Shown here: positions 18,084 to 27,412 of the stretch, piece by piece
How the letters are laid out: the number at the start of each line of letters is the position of its first letter
How positions within the stretch are numbered: position 1 is the first letter of the stretch
IMG/VR virus record: IMGVR_UViG_3300047994_000374
Coordinates: 330,193 to 394,192 of that record
Length of the DNA: 64,000 nt
Reading direction: 5' to 3' (one strand)
Notes under the pieces: model-generated
Seen by the model: only the letters and a program-made list of their open reading frames with translations
What the model was told of the DNA's origin: nothing
The model's database searches: none
Made by a program: the position numbers and the translations under genes

Positions 18084-18803
18084 TTAAGCTACAATTAAAA
18101 ACCTCGCCATCTTACTTTTCCTTACATACGCCGCGAACTTTTTAATTTCTTTTGTATTATTCGTTGCCAATACGACTTCTTCAATTTTCTCCACATTCGC
18201 TTTTTCAATATTTTCTGCAAATAGTCTCATGTAAGTAAATGAGCCCGATTGAATAATAAGATGCTCTACCTTCTTAATATCTGATGATTTTGTTAAATAT
18301 TTAGCTAACTCATATAAATATTTAGGTTTTTTTGTTGCAATAATAACATCTTTAAATTTTAATATATTTTGATTACCAATGCGCTTTAAATATAAATGAA
18401 TATATTTTGCTTTACCTGAATGAATAATAAGATTTTCAAGAGCCTTTACACCCGCGCCTTTTACAAAACAAGCGAATTTATAAATATACTCCATTTTATT
18501 TGATTGAATGACAATTTTTTGAAGTGCTTTTATATCACAATTTTGAATATCTTTAGCGAATAGAAAAGAATATTTAGGATTTTTAGATTTAATAATAATA
18601 TTTTGCTGTAAGTAATTGTTATGATTAAAATTTTTAGCAAAAAAATAAGCCAGGGCAGGATCATTTAATTCAATGATCTTGTCTCCCAGCTTATGAATTG
18701 CCTCTTTATTTTTTAGATTTAAATGAAGTTTATGGTCCTCCAGAAGTTTATTCCATTGAACCGCCTCATCTGAATAATCTATATTATCAAAAATATCATC
18801 CAC
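18084..18803 (-). CDS. helical repeat protein
   Basis: Repeats of about 27 aa, II.S...(K)Y.Y.FA..(I/V). Confidence 0.75.
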   Translation of the reverse strand: MDDIFDNIDYSDEAVQWNKLLEDHKLHLNLKNKEAIHKLGDKIIELNDPALAYFFAKNFNHNNYLQQNIIIKSKNPKYSFLFAKDIQNCDIKALQKIVIQSNKMEYIYKFACFVKGAGVKALENLIIHSGKAKYIHLYLKRIGNQNILKFKDVIIATKKPKYLYELAKYLTKSSDIKKVEHLIIQSGSFTYMRLFAENIEKANVEKIEEVVLATNNTKEIKKFAAYVRKSKMARFLIVA

Positions 18804-18821
18804 ATTAAACTATATATCGGC

Positions 18822-18866
18822 AAATAAAAAGCCGACCAAGAAACTTAGAATAACTTGGTCGGCTTT
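18822..18866 (-). terminator. intrinsic terminator after hsp20
   Basis: Inverted repeat AAAGCCGACCAAG...CTTGGTCGGCTTT followed by TTATTT on the minus strand. Confidence 0.7.
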
Positions 18867-18890
18867 CCCAAAATCTAATTTGAATAGATA

Positions 18891-19334
18891 TTAGGTTGGT
18901 TTAATTGATATTTTCTTAACCTCTTTAACTGGCTCTGGTTTTACCGGCACTGTTAAAGTTAAAACCCCATCCTTAAGTGATGCTGATATATTTTCAGTAT
19001 CGTGTCCATCTGGTATTGTAAATGATTTAAAAATTGAATATGAAGATGTTTCTGTTTTTCTTTGACCTTTTACAGTTAATTGATTTTCTTGTAATTCAAT
19101 TGAAATATCTTCCTCTTTAACCCCAGGAACATCAAAAGCAATTGAAAGATCCCCTTTTTCATTCTTTTTATGCTCAATACCTAATTTTGGAATAACGGGT
19201 TGAAACATATCGTTTGAAAAGGCTTCAATTAAATCATCGAACACATTATGAACATATTCGCGATTTGAAAGCTTACGGTCATTCTTTACAACAGGTAATG
19301 ATGATACTACTGGTGAATTCCAAATTTTTAACAT
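18891..19334 (-). CDS. small heat shock protein Hsp20
   Basis: DVPGVKEEDISIEL...LTVKG, F.IP, ISASLKDGVLTLTVP; AGGAG SD. Confidence 0.92.
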   Translation of the reverse strand: MLKIWNSPVVSSLPVVKNDRKLSNREYVHNVFDDLIEAFSNDMFQPVIPKLGIEHKKNEKGDLSIAFDVPGVKEEDISIELQENQLTVKGQRKTETSSYSIFKSFTIPDGHDTENISASLKDGVLTLTVPVKPEPVKEVKKISIKPT

Positions 19335-19446
19335 TGTATTTCTCCTTTTGTTTTTATAATGTTATCGACCTTTGGAGTGGTCATTTTTGACATATTAAGC
19401 ATCATGTTTATTATGTCAAGCTTTCTAAGAATATATATCAAAAATT

Positions 19447-20670
19447 TCACAGAATTTCTAAAATTTTTTCTAAAAAGTGATCGTGCCAATCATTATCTTT
19501 TTTAGCCTTATTTATGTAATCTAACATCGAATCTGCCTTATTTCCATACATCTGAAAAAACGGGGCAGCCCAAAAATCAGGATATTCTTGTACAAGTAAA
19601 GCAAAAGTTTTTTTATCGCCTGGGTTTTTAGCCTCCGCCTTATCTTTCAAGAACTTATAGGTAATGTCATATATTTTTATAGTATCTGATAGTTTTTCTT
19701 TAATTTTTAAAATCTCATCAGAAATTTCTTTAGCTAATACAGTCATTGCATCATCTTCTTGACCATTTAATATTAATCGAAGCATATTTCTTGGAGACCG
19801 AGCAACACCATCACAAAGTTTATGCAGCATCACATATTCTGAACTTTTAATTTTTACTCTATTAAAATTCGAATCGCAAACTACTACGCCTTCATAATTC
19901 TTACCGGGCCGCGAGTTAACATAGTCAATCGTTTCTTCAAGATTCGACAAAGAGTAATTTTTAACTTTTGGAAATGGAGCGCAAATAGAATGGTCCAAAT
20001 GAACTTCTTCGAGAGTTCGTAAATCCCTTGCCCCTAATAAAGTGATTCGATTTTCATTATACTCACAAACAACTTTATTCCATGGACCATTTAACTCAAA
20101 ACAATAAGTATAAGATGGATCTAAAAGATTCGTAAATTCATTAAAATCAATACTTAATGTTTCTAAAACTGCTTTTTCAAATAATGTGCGGAATGTAAAT
20201 TTGCCATTGTCCATTAAAATATTAGCATCTGGCACGGAACGAGTTGCTACACACCATACAGATTCAATTGGAGAATAATGCACGATGCAAAGCGACCCAT
20301 CTAATTTTTCAAATATTTTTAATTTAGGATCGTTCCAATTGATATTTGCCGCTTCTTTTTGTCCTTCATTAAAAAAACGAAAAAATGGACAAGCTACAAT
20401 AATTGTATCACCAGGGCACACATCATCATAATTCGCCTTATCTTTTACTTCATCAATTTCTGCCTCACATACAAGAGGGCGAAAATCAGATGGAGCTAAA
20501 ATTAAACCGCGGCACTGTTGGGATAACACATCATCCTCTTTTGAATTAATCATATTGTAATTCAAAGAAAACTTATGTCCAGAACCAGAAAATGAAGCTT
20601 CGACGCCATGTTCTCGTTCTAATTCAGCAAAAGTATGTGTCTTTAAATATTCTTGAACTAATAGTAACAT
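19447..20670 (-). CDS. T4 Rnl1-like RNA ligase
   Basis: CRG.IL, F.RFFN, motif I EKLDGS, FEL, motif IV EGVVV, RVKIKS..Y. Confidence 0.88.
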   Translation of the reverse strand: MLLLVQEYLKTHTFAELEREHGVEASFSGSGHKFSLNYNMINSKEDDVLSQQCRGLILAPSDFRPLVCEAEIDEVKDKANYDDVCPGDTIIVACPFFRFFNEGQKEAANINWNDPKLKIFEKLDGSLCIVHYSPIESVWCVATRSVPDANILMDNGKFTFRTLFEKAVLETLSIDFNEFTNLLDPSYTYCFELNGPWNKVVCEYNENRITLLGARDLRTLEEVHLDHSICAPFPKVKNYSLSNLEETIDYVNSRPGKNYEGVVVCDSNFNRVKIKSSEYVMLHKLCDGVARSPRNMLRLILNGQEDDAMTVLAKEISDEILKIKEKLSDTIKIYDITYKFLKDKAEAKNPGDKKTFALLVQEYPDFWAAPFFQMYGNKADSMLDYINKAKKDNDWHDHFLEKILEIL

Positions 20671-20883
20671 TTAATTTTTATTAAAATCCTCAGAGACTTC
20701 ATTAAGAACTTTTTCCGCTTCTTGTTTATCAGCCACTAATACAGAACAGACCAGCGCTGCCATACAATTAATTTCTAATTTTAGATCATCTCCGGACTTG
20801 ATTAGCAAGTGATAATTGAAAAAAGTTTTATCTGAAGGTTGATATCTACTTAAAAGCCAAATTTGATGGTGAGCTTCAGTCAT
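20671..20883 (-). CDS. hypothetical protein
   Basis: 70-aa ORF tightly packed in the operon. Confidence 0.65.
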   Translation of the reverse strand: MTEAHHQIWLLSRYQPSDKTFFNYHLLIKSGDDLKLEINCMAALVCSVLVADKQEAEKVLNEVSEDFNKN

Positions 20884-21311
20884 TTGCCAATCTTTCTCGG
20901 ATTTTTTGGTGTTGGGTAAAGAATTTCTTTAGCTTTTTCTCCAGCACTATGAAGAAGACTATCTAAACCTTTTTTGAAAAGGTCTGCATCAAAAGTGCCG
21001 TTTTCTAATTTGGATTGAAAATCTAGCAATGAGCTTTGAATATCTTTCATAGTTGCTCCAGCGGGAACAGAAATAACTTCTTTTTTAGACAAACCTTCTG
21101 GCTGCGCTCCATTTTTTAACAATTGTATTTTACCGGATATTTGATCGTTAAGCATCTTGGTCATCGCCGCCCCTAAAACCTGAAGTTCTTGGATCGATAT
21201 GTCGTTTAATTCTTGGTTATCAAGAGTATATCCAATCTCTTCTTCGAAGTGTGAAAGAAGATCTTTTCCTGCATCCGATAAAAGCCCATTACCTTCAAAA
21301 TATTTACTCAT
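20880..21311 (-). CDS. hypothetical protein
   Basis: 143-aa ORF, coupled to neighbours. Confidence 0.7.
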   Translation of the reverse strand: MSKYFEGNGLLSDAGKDLLSHFEEEIGYTLDNQELNDISIQELQVLGAAMTKMLNDQISGKIQLLKNGAQPEGLSKKEVISVPAGATMKDIQSSLLDFQSKLENGTFDADLFKKGLDSLLHSAGEKAKEILYPTPKNPRKIGK

Positions 21312-21554
21312 TTAATTTCCCTTGGTGTGCAGCATGCTCATAAATAAAACGACGCTGGCAATCGTAGTTGCCCAACTTACGGACATTCCCGAGATTGTCA
21401 AGCATACATTTTTACTTTCAGGCAAATAACTGGATAAAACATAAGTGATGCCAATCCAGCCACCAATGCCCAGAAATATTTTCCAAATCCATCCTGCGAT
21501 TAAAAGAAGCCACAGGACACAAATAATTCCCAACAATAAAATTCCGAAGAACAT
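21312..21554 (-). CDS. small membrane protein
   Basis: 2-3 hydrophobic segments; GAGG SD. Confidence 0.7.
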   Translation of the reverse strand: MFFGILLLGIICVLWLLLIAGWIWKIFLGIGGWIGITYVLSSYLPESKNVCLTISGMSVSWATTIASVVLFMSMLHTKGN

Positions 21555-21598
21555 GTTATCACCTCAATGTTGTTAGATGATAATTAGTAAATGGGAAG

Positions 21599-22540
21599 TT
21601 AAAAATCTGACTCCGGATTTCCGACCCTAAATAGAGGGAATCCAGCAGAATAAAGCCATTTTACAATTTGAAGTCGATCATCAAACCACCCTGACACATA
21701 ATAATTATTTTTAATATGATTATTATATATTTCCTCTTTAATCAATACATCTTGACGTCTATCTGCCGTAGGACGCATATAAAGTTCATATTTAATGTTT
21801 GGAAAATGTTTTTTATAAAATAATTCAGTTGGCACGCGGTCTTTTTCTTCTCGACCCGAAACAAATAAAATTTTATAACCAGCCTCATGATATAATTTCA
21901 TGCATTCAATAACGTGATCATGAGTATAGTCAAGATTGCAGGTGCTTGCATCATATGGATTTCTATCTTTATGAACTAAAGAAATAGTTCCATCATTGTC
22001 AAAAATAACGGCTTTTGGTAAAGATTTGTCCTGAATTATTGGTTTCCAATCTCGATCGTCGGTCATTTTACTGCCAATAAAAGTTTCCGTTCTTGGTTCG
22101 CGATTTTTAAAACTTTCTTTACCCGATTTATTCCACCATGTGCGAACAACCTTTTCTCCTACACAAGCTTTTCCTGAGCGCCCGCTATCTCTTATGATTG
22201 CCGTCTCAAGATCAACATAAAACAATTTCTCTTCCACAATCACATCTTTATTGGATGCTTTTGCTATTTTTGTAATATCTTTCCAGTGTTGGGCGCCTAT
22301 ATTCAAATTATCGACAATAACATTCTTATTATTTCGCAACGCTTCCGCAATAACAAACTTGCGCGTGTTGACGATGATCTTTTCGTAATCTTTACTCCAA
22401 ATTGAGCCGTTAAAAGAATTTCTAAGATCATCATTATTGACCCGAACAATATCATTAGGGGATTTTGCTATTTCTTGTTTTGTCCAAAAACTTTTACCAC
22501 TGCCAGGTATCCCGACACAGATCGTAATTTTTAATGTCAT
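21599..22540 (-). CDS. pseT: polynucleotide 5'-kinase/3'-phosphatase (T4 PseT/Pnkp-like)
   Basis: GIPGSGKS P-loop, N.DDLR; HAD DNDGT, SGR, MRP..D.R.D..K, FDDR. Confidence 0.92.
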   Translation of the reverse strand: MTLKITICVGIPGSGKSFWTKQEIAKSPNDIVRVNNDDLRNSFNGSIWSKDYEKIIVNTRKFVIAEALRNNKNVIVDNLNIGAQHWKDITKIAKASNKDVIVEEKLFYVDLETAIIRDSGRSGKACVGEKVVRTWWNKSGKESFKNREPRTETFIGSKMTDDRDWKPIIQDKSLPKAVIFDNDGTISLVHKDRNPYDASTCNLDYTHDHVIECMKLYHEAGYKILFVSGREEKDRVPTELFYKKHFPNIKYELYMRPTADRRQDVLIKEEIYNNHIKNNYYVSGWFDDRLQIVKWLYSAGFPLFRVGNPESDF

Positions 22541-22547
22541 AATTTCC

Positions 22548-23057
22548 TTAACTAAAATTTAGAATTCTCAACAAACTATCTGGCATATTCTTTTTTGTCA
22601 CATCATCAAGATCTACGTTTTGAAAATAACGAACAAGTTCTTCTTTAATTTTTGTTTTGACTTCTTGCGAAAAATTATTTTTATTTAAAACTTCTTCATA
22701 ATTAAAGAAATCCATAGGCTCTGTATGATATATATTACTATAAATGAATAACGAAATTAGAGAAGGAATGGTTGAAATGCCTTCAGCCTCATATTCTTTA
22801 CACTCTTCACAATTCAAATCGTCATAGTAAATGCTAACACAAGCCATTGAATGATCTCCGTAATGCTGCACCTCAAATGATATGGCATTAGCAATTGAAT
22901 TCACGCTCGGACTTGATAAATACTTAAATCCATTAGCGCCAGTCATTAATTTCAGATCGTCGTATTTTTCAAGCCATTCTTTCATGTGCTTGGTTTTATG
23001 ACATTCTTGAGCAATATATTTTTTAGTTTCGTCATTCATCTTGACAAATCTAATCAT
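22548..23057 (-). CDS. hypothetical protein, C-terminal xFx-tail family
   Basis: Ends LLRILNFS. Confidence 0.7.
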   Translation of the reverse strand: MIRFVKMNDETKKYIAQECHKTKHMKEWLEKYDDLKLMTGANGFKYLSSPSVNSIANAISFEVQHYGDHSMACVSIYYDDLNCEECKEYEAEGISTIPSLISLFIYSNIYHTEPMDFFNYEEVLNKNNFSQEVKTKIKEELVRYFQNVDLDDVTKKNMPDSLLRILNFS

Positions 23058-23075
23058 TATTATTTAAGTCGTCAA

Positions 23076-24179
23076 TTATTTTTTAGCGTTAATTTCATTA
23101 CTTAATTCGGTAAATAAATCTAAAAATACCTTGCAAGAATATAGTTGATGCTTTTTAATAATTTCGAAATCAAAACTATTCATGAGCCCTAACATCTGCA
23201 TTTCAAGATCAATTTTGTACTTTTTAAAAAAGTAACATAAATTTTCTAAATATTTAAAATTTTTAGACTTGTTGTCAATTGTTTTCTGTTTTGCATAGTG
23301 ACAAGCGCTAATAACAAAAATTAATCGTTCGGTAGCAATAAGTTCTTCAAAATCAATCGTCCCCATTCGTTTTTCAATGAGCGTATGGATAACTGGCTCA
23401 AAGCGCCTATAATATTCAAACCAACTTCGAAATCGAGTTCCAGCATCCATTCCAACATAACCAGCAATAATATGAGTAATTGAGTCAAGATCAACAACTT
23501 TAAAATCTTTAGCTTTGTCTAATGCTCTACTTGCCAAACTCCATCCCCGAGGACTAGGTTGCGCATAACTTTCGTCTTTCGTCTTACTAGAACATAATTC
23601 GGGGTTCGATCTTAAAAATCCCATGATGAGATCGTTAATTTTATTACTTCTGCCCCATTCACACCAACGATTGAAATCGAAATCAATAATATATTTTGCA
23701 CCTCTATCAAGAAGGGCAGAGCTGATTTGATTGGAGTATGTTCGTTCTTCAGGTAGGTTTCCAGTTAAAACACAGGCTACTGCGTTGATTGGCTGTCCGT
23801 TGATAGTTTTGTAGAGTAGAATCTCTAATAGTGGTGCAAGTGTATCGGGCGAAGCTTTATCGACTTCATCAAATAAAATAACCGTATCTGCCTTACCTTT
23901 GAGCTTTGGTAGGAAATGTGGCGATTTAAATTCAATCGTGTCCCCAGGAGAGTTAATATTCGGAAAACCTTGGAGATCCTGCCTCTCCACAACAGAAAGG
24001 TTGAGATAACTAACTTTGTATCCGCATTCTTTGATAGCTTGAATTGAAATATCTGTTTTACCTACGCCGCGTTTTGAAAACAAAAAGACATTCTGATTGG
24101 CATTAATAAAAAACTTGACAAGATTTAAAGCTTCCTCTTGGTCAATTTTTGGTAGGTTAAGTAAAGAATTATCCGACAT
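23076..24179 (-). CDS. MoxR-like AAA+ ATPase (paralog of 32734..33885, variant Walker A)
   Basis: FSKRGVGKT, LFDEVDKA, TGN, ALLDR, PSPRGW. Confidence 0.85.
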   Translation of the reverse strand: MSDNSLLNLPKIDQEEALNLVKFFINANQNVFLFSKRGVGKTDISIQAIKECGYKVSYLNLSVVERQDLQGFPNINSPGDTIEFKSPHFLPKLKGKADTVILFDEVDKASPDTLAPLLEILLYKTINGQPINAVACVLTGNLPEERTYSNQISSALLDRGAKYIIDFDFNRWCEWGRSNKINDLIMGFLRSNPELCSSKTKDESYAQPSPRGWSLASRALDKAKDFKVVDLDSITHIIAGYVGMDAGTRFRSWFEYYRRFEPVIHTLIEKRMGTIDFEELIATERLIFVISACHYAKQKTIDNKSKNFKYLENLCYFFKKYKIDLEMQMLGLMNSFDFEIIKKHQLYSCKVFLDLFTELSNEINAKK

Positions 24180-24214
24180 TACAAATACTATATATCGGTA
24201 AAACTTACTTTATT

Positions 24215-25315
24215 TCATAAATCGCCAGCCAATGACTTCTCAACGATCTCAGCGCAAAGTTTATCTAGTTCTTTAATGTTAGGTTGGTTAGGAAGAGTTG
24301 AAGTTTCATAAGCCCCTTTAACTTCTTTTTCGAGGGAATCCGCATAATCAATTAGCTTTTCATAAGACCAAGCACCATTTTTAATAGACAGCAGCTCCTC
24401 GGCATCATCCCTCATAACATTTAGTTTTCCAGTTTCTAAAACTTCCTTGCCCATTCTCAAAAGTCTGCATAGGTGACTCGCATGCTTTAAATCATAGCCA
24501 TGTTTTTCTTCTAATGCTGCTCGCTTCGGATTTCTATTTTTCTTCCATGATTGATAAGATTTATAGTCTTCAATTTTATTCTCAAGCTCTTTTTCTTTTT
24601 TAATGATTTGAATTAAATTATCATTCAGCCCAATCGTTCGAGCAGCTGCATTCCACTTTTCATCTCGCGTAATAGCCAGTTCGGAAAGAATATCGGAAAC
24701 CCTGTCTTCCAAATAAATTTTCTGACTTTCAGTAAATGGTTCAAAAACAGGATTCCAAGTTTCCATTTTCTTATTAATGAGACTTTTGATTGCATCATAC
24801 TGATTTTTATCAATCAAAGGTTTCTCCCCCATGCCTAAGCTTGCACGAGTGGGAGCTACTTCTAATTTTTGATCTAACCAGCGTTTATGGTTGATCAAAC
24901 GATGAGCTTGAGCCTTACTATAGCCCATGTATCTTTCTTTTAACTGTTTTGAAATAAACAGCTCTCGATTATCCAGAAGCAATTGACCAAGCTTTGTAAT
25001 TTTTAAATGGTATTGTAGTTCTGTGAAAAGTATTTCAAGTGCATTAGGGTTTCCAGCTGAAGCCAATGAAAAGAACTTCATAATATTGAAAATAGTACAA
25101 TCCGGATCATTCGTAATGAATTGTTCGAATTTTTTGTTGAATCCATGCAAATATTGATTGGGAACAGTACAAATTCCACGAACATCAACATCTGATTCAG
25201 GAGTGCTCAGTCCATATGCGTGAGAGCCATGAATCGTCAAGAAGATGGTATGTTTGGGCAGCCACTCAAGGTCTTTATTTAAATCTGAAAATAATGAATT
25301 AGGATCAATTAACAT
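24215..25315 (-). CDS. DNA polymerase beta-superfamily nucleotidyltransferase
   Basis: GSHAYGL.TPESDVDVRG, GNPN.LE.LF, GYD.KHASHL.RL. Confidence 0.85.
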   Translation of the reverse strand: MLIDPNSLFSDLNKDLEWLPKHTIFLTIHGSHAYGLSTPESDVDVRGICTVPNQYLHGFNKKFEQFITNDPDCTIFNIMKFFSLASAGNPNALEILFTELQYHLKITKLGQLLLDNRELFISKQLKERYMGYSKAQAHRLINHKRWLDQKLEVAPTRASLGMGEKPLIDKNQYDAIKSLINKKMETWNPVFEPFTESQKIYLEDRVSDILSELAITRDEKWNAAARTIGLNDNLIQIIKKEKELENKIEDYKSYQSWKKNRNPKRAALEEKHGYDLKHASHLCRLLRMGKEVLETGKLNVMRDDAEELLSIKNGAWSYEKLIDYADSLEKEVKGAYETSTLPNQPNIKELDKLCAEIVEKSLAGDL

Positions 25316-25324
25316 GAATTTACC

Positions 25325-25648
25325 TCAAAAAGAAACCGATTTACCGCATCCGCAAGTAGATTTCGCGGCAGGTATATTAAATTTAAATCCAGATGAAATC
25401 ATACTGTCAAAGTAATCAATGACAGTTCCCTCAAGATACTGAAGGGAAATGGGATCGCAAATTATTTTAATGCCATCTTGTTCAATAACTTCGTCAGTAT
25501 CTCTAATGTTCGTTTCAAATGACATATCCTGGGAAAAACCAGCACATCCATTTCCAATTAACTTTACTCGAACGGATTTATTTTCAATACCCTCCGATTC
25601 AGCAATTTCATTTAATTTTGCTATAGCTTTTTCTGTTAAAGTAATCAC
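25325..25648 (-). CDS. A-type Fe-S cluster carrier (IscA/ErpA/HesB family)
   Basis: ITLTEKA, GCAGF, D..SL.YL.G..IDY, CGCGKS. Confidence 0.92.
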   Translation of the reverse strand: MITLTEKAIAKLNEIAESEGIENKSVRVKLIGNGCAGFSQDMSFETNIRDTDEVIEQDGIKIICDPISLQYLEGTVIDYFDSMISSGFKFNIPAAKSTCGCGKSVSF

Positions 25649-25974
25649 GCGAATGCCTTTAATTTTAATAATTTTTCAATTATATTTTTGTTGGTGTCGT
25701 AATCTTTTCCCGGAATCATAAAACCTATACTTATCAATAGATTGGGCTCATAATCAAAAGAAGTTATAATTGAAAGCCTTGTGTAACCTGTAGCTTCTAA
25801 AGCATTAGAACCCCATAAAATATACTCTTCATTTCCAATTGTAATATGAAAAGTATAACCATTATTGATCTCATCATACCAATTTGATTGACAATTATCA
25901 CACACCCTTACTTTGTCAAACGAAAACGAATTTCCTCTTCTAACATCATCTTTATCACAAGCAGGGCAGTTCAT
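25645..25974 (-). CDS. zinc-ribbon protein, C-terminal KAFx family
   Basis: CPAC...CDNC; ends LLKLKAFA. Confidence 0.75.
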   Translation of the reverse strand: MNCPACDKDDVRRGNSFSFDKVRVCDNCQSNWYDEINNGYTFHITIGNEEYILWGSNALEATGYTRLSIITSFDYEPNLLISIGFMIPGKDYDTNKNIIEKLLKLKAFA

Positions 25975-26261
25975 ATGAATGCCTGCAAGCTTAATAATCT
26001 ATCAATCAATTTAATATTTTCTTCGTATGTTTCGCCAGGATTTACATAATAATTGAGCGATAAGTTTATTTTATCTTCACTTTCAATTAAAACCCAACAT
26101 TGTAAAAATGTTATTCCGCCATCTCTACTCTTGCTTGCACTTATAGTTTGAATTCCGTTAGCTACTTTTAATGTCAAGTTGTAAGAAGCATAATTAGCTC
26201 CATGTCGAAATATATATGAGTAGCATTTTTTACATTGAAATCCATTAAGCAAAACATCCAT
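25971..26261 (-). CDS. CxxC protein, C-terminal xFx family
   Basis: CKKC; ends LLSLQAFI. Confidence 0.7.
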   Translation of the reverse strand: MDVLLNGFQCKKCYSYIFRHGANYASYNLTLKVANGIQTISASKSRDGGITFLQCWVLIESEDKINLSLNYYVNPGETYEENIKLIDRLLSLQAFI

Positions 26262-26293
26262 TTCATTTTAATCAATACATGCTGGACACAACA

Positions 26294-27412
26294 TCATTCA
26301 CCAAATCTTACAACATCTTCATCATTGACACCAGCGGAAGTAAAAGCTATTGGTGTATTGCAATATCTTTCAACATACTTTAGGAAAGGTTTGATTTCTT
26401 CTTTATTCATGCCGTCATTCCACCCAAGTAAATCAATATATCCTGGTTCAATTTCTTCAAAATCTCCAGCTGAATTTACTTCTTTGTTATAAGAATTGCA
26501 TACACGAATAAATTTATTGCCATTCATGATATCAAGCTTGGACATGAGGATATGCGTAATTCCAGATTTTTTAATACCGTATTTGGACATAGGGAGATCT
26601 AAATAACCAATTCTTCGATCACGGCCGGTCGTCGCACCCTTCTCGCCGCCCGCTAATTGTAATGCAGAAGCTTCCTCTCCATGTATCTCTGTGATCATCT
26701 TTCCATTACCGCTCTTGGTTAGGTAGGGCTTTCCTGCGCCATAAACCCTGTCTAAATCAACGAAATGAAATCCAGATGAATAGATACCTGAAACCGTACA
26801 ATCGCTACTGGTGACGAAAGGATAGTCAATACCGACTGATACATCAATTGCTGACCCTTGAGAACCTTCAAACACCAAATTACTTTTTTCAAATTCTTCT
26901 TGCATTTTTAGAACTGGAATGAACTGAACACCAAGTTCTTTTAACTTTTCAATTACAGTAGCCTTATCTCGAATCAAATGGTAAAGACGAGTTCCAGTTC
27001 GACCAAATTTACTAATAGCAGCAGGTCCAACGCCCTTATTTGTTGATCCAATGTGTTTATTTTTTTCTTTATCTTCTGCAATATGTGCTTCGGTAATAAC
27101 AAATGCATCAGGGTCTACGATAATTGTTTTACCAACTCCAGGAAAATCTTTTGAGAATCCAAGAATCTCTTCCAAAAGTTCGTCAGGGTTAATATACATT
27201 CCATGCCCCAAATAAGACTTGATATTAGGGTTTCGATAATCAGCACTGGGTAAAATATGATGCGTATATTTCTTTCCATCGCGCCAAATCACATGACCAC
27301 AATTTCCAGCACCACTCGTTCGAATGACATAATCAGCATCCTTCGAAAAATAATGCGCCCAACGACCTTTTCCATTATCGCCCATTAAAAAATCAAGAAC
27401 TGCAATTTTCAT
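26294..27412 (-). CDS. purA: adenylosuccinate synthetase (short form)
   Basis: GDNGKG, GNCGH, IGST.KGVGP, EGSQG, YPFVTSS, GATTGR.RRIG, KLD. Confidence 0.88.
   Translation of the reverse strand: MKIAVLDFLMGDNGKGRWAHYFSKDADYVIRTSGAGNCGHVIWRDGKKYTHHILPSADYRNPNIKSYLGHGMYINPDELLEEILGFSKDFPGVGKTIIVDPDAFVITEAHIAEDKEKNKHIGSTNKGVGPAAISKFGRTGTRLYHLIRDKATVIEKLKELGVQFIPVLKMQEEFEKSNLVFEGSQGSAIDVSVGIDYPFVTSSDCTVSGIYSSGFHFVDLDRVYGAGKPYLTKSGNGKMITEIHGEEASALQLAGGEKGATTGRDRRIGYLDLPMSKYGIKKSGITHILMSKLDIMNGNKFIRVCNSYNKEVNSAGDFEEIEPGYIDLLGWNDGMNKEEIKPFLKYVERYCNTPIAFTSAGVNDEDVVRFGE

Noticed and set aside
26294-27412. PurZ (2-aminoadenine Z-genome) enzyme
   Set aside because: It keeps the PurA catalytic Asp (GDNGKG rather than GSxGKG) and PurA-like PFVTSS and TTGR motifs; no recognisable datZ or mazZ nearby
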